Shown one piece after another: positions 62,857 through 64,000 of a stretch of 64,000 nucleotides of DNA. This DNA is from Balanoglossus misakiensis (Eukaryota; Animalia; Hemichordata), in NCBI GenBank assembly GCA_040954595.2, contig CM082589.2, positions 6,879,186-6,943,185 of the forward strand, in the 5' to 3' direction. How positions within the stretch are numbered: position 1 is the first letter of the stretch; every line of letters begins with the position of its first letter. A program made the translations under genes and the position numbers. The notes beneath the pieces were generated by a model that saw only the letters and a program-made list of their open reading frames with translations, was not told the DNA's origin and did not search any database.

Positions 62857-64000
62857 CTGGAAAAAAATATGCACGGTTGTGAATACTTAGGAACTGGAAA
62901 ACTTGCATATGTAAGTAACAAAATATGTGTGAGGTTAATTTTTCAATTTCTAACATTTAGTGTTTTCGCAATTTCACTTTATATATCTTATGTGCTGCTG
63001 CACTTGTAGCATGTTAGATAAACAAGTACATTTGCTACTTTCATTCTGTTTATTAAAATTGATGACCCTGGCTAGAAATGTATAACAGAGCTTAGAAAAA
63101 TTGAAAGCGGATTGTTAACAGACAGTGACATGTTCACGAAAAAGTCACCTGGCATGAAATGTCAAGTTTCTGTCAAGTCGCCACAGGAAATCACCTATTA
63201 ACTATCCTAACAAGAAGCTAATGATTTGAAAGTACAAACTACACTCTCGAACAGCCCCCCAACTGAGAATTCCACTAAACTTTCTGATGGGAGACAGTGA
63301 TTTTCTACTTATCAACTTGAAACGCTTCAAGTAAGGGATAATTACCCCGATTATATCTTCAAGCCATGTCTAGGCATGATAGGACAAAGTCTGTCATTCA
63401 TTCCAAGACAGCTGTTCAGGTAAGCCAGGACACTGCATAATGCATGCGACTTTTGGCGAAATAATGTGATGCAACTCTCCCAGAGGCAAAATGAAATATT
63501 TATTCTTATCGTCAGACTCCGAGAAAATTAGCGAAATCATTATCTTTGCATTCAAGTGATGTACTGAAAGCAGTATTTCAAAGACACTGCAACCTACAAA
63601 TGGATAATAGCTGTATTTTTTTCCAGTTTTTGTTCAGAGTATATAGTTTCTTATCTTTGATTTGTTTTTGATTGGAAATAAGAATTTCTATATTTGAGTG
63701 ACATTTTCTTGGAATGCACATCTATAAACCTTTGTTCTTGCAAAGTACCCAGTTTGAGAAAGCGATAATTATCCTTGGCAACCAAGCAAAATTTACCTAG
63801 GCAACAAAAAAAGTACAAACACCACCAACAGTGGAGTTCGAACATCAAGTGGGGCTAGAAAAACAAGTTTGGTTTGCACAGGTCTTTAAGAATAAGGGTC
63901 TTTCTTCCATTGTCTTCACGTGAAGGGTTCACGAGAAATAGTGCATCTTGGTTACTATACACATGGTGTCCCAGCTACCATGGATGTAAATTTTTTTACA

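Overview
Eukaryotic (animal) genomic DNA with spliceosomal introns. The repeat types and proteins suggest a marine invertebrate, possibly a non-vertebrate deuterostome, but this cannot be proven here. Bases 1-26510 are a very homogeneous tandem satellite: about 300 copies of an 88-bp, dyad-rich, CpG-rich monomer that decays at its right edge. Immediately next to it (about 26.9-30.6 kb, + strand) is a candidate spliced transcript with no recognisable protein. It carries a tRNA-like A/B-box relic with three B-boxes and four copies of a conserved ~57-nt two-hairpin motif that shows compensatory changes; this is the best candidate for an undescribed system. Three protein-coding genes follow: RPA2 (8 coding exons, - strand, one GC-AG intron), ECHDC1 (+ strand, head-to-head with RPA2, possible mitochondrial presequence) and a PDE7-like cAMP phosphodiesterase (- strand, 5' end not found) with a long repetitive C-terminal tail, candidate alternative exons and intronic CRE sites. 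Several MITEs with clean TIRs/TSDs and a Helentron-like element are also present. All exon boundaries, folds and counts were derived by eye, without database searches.
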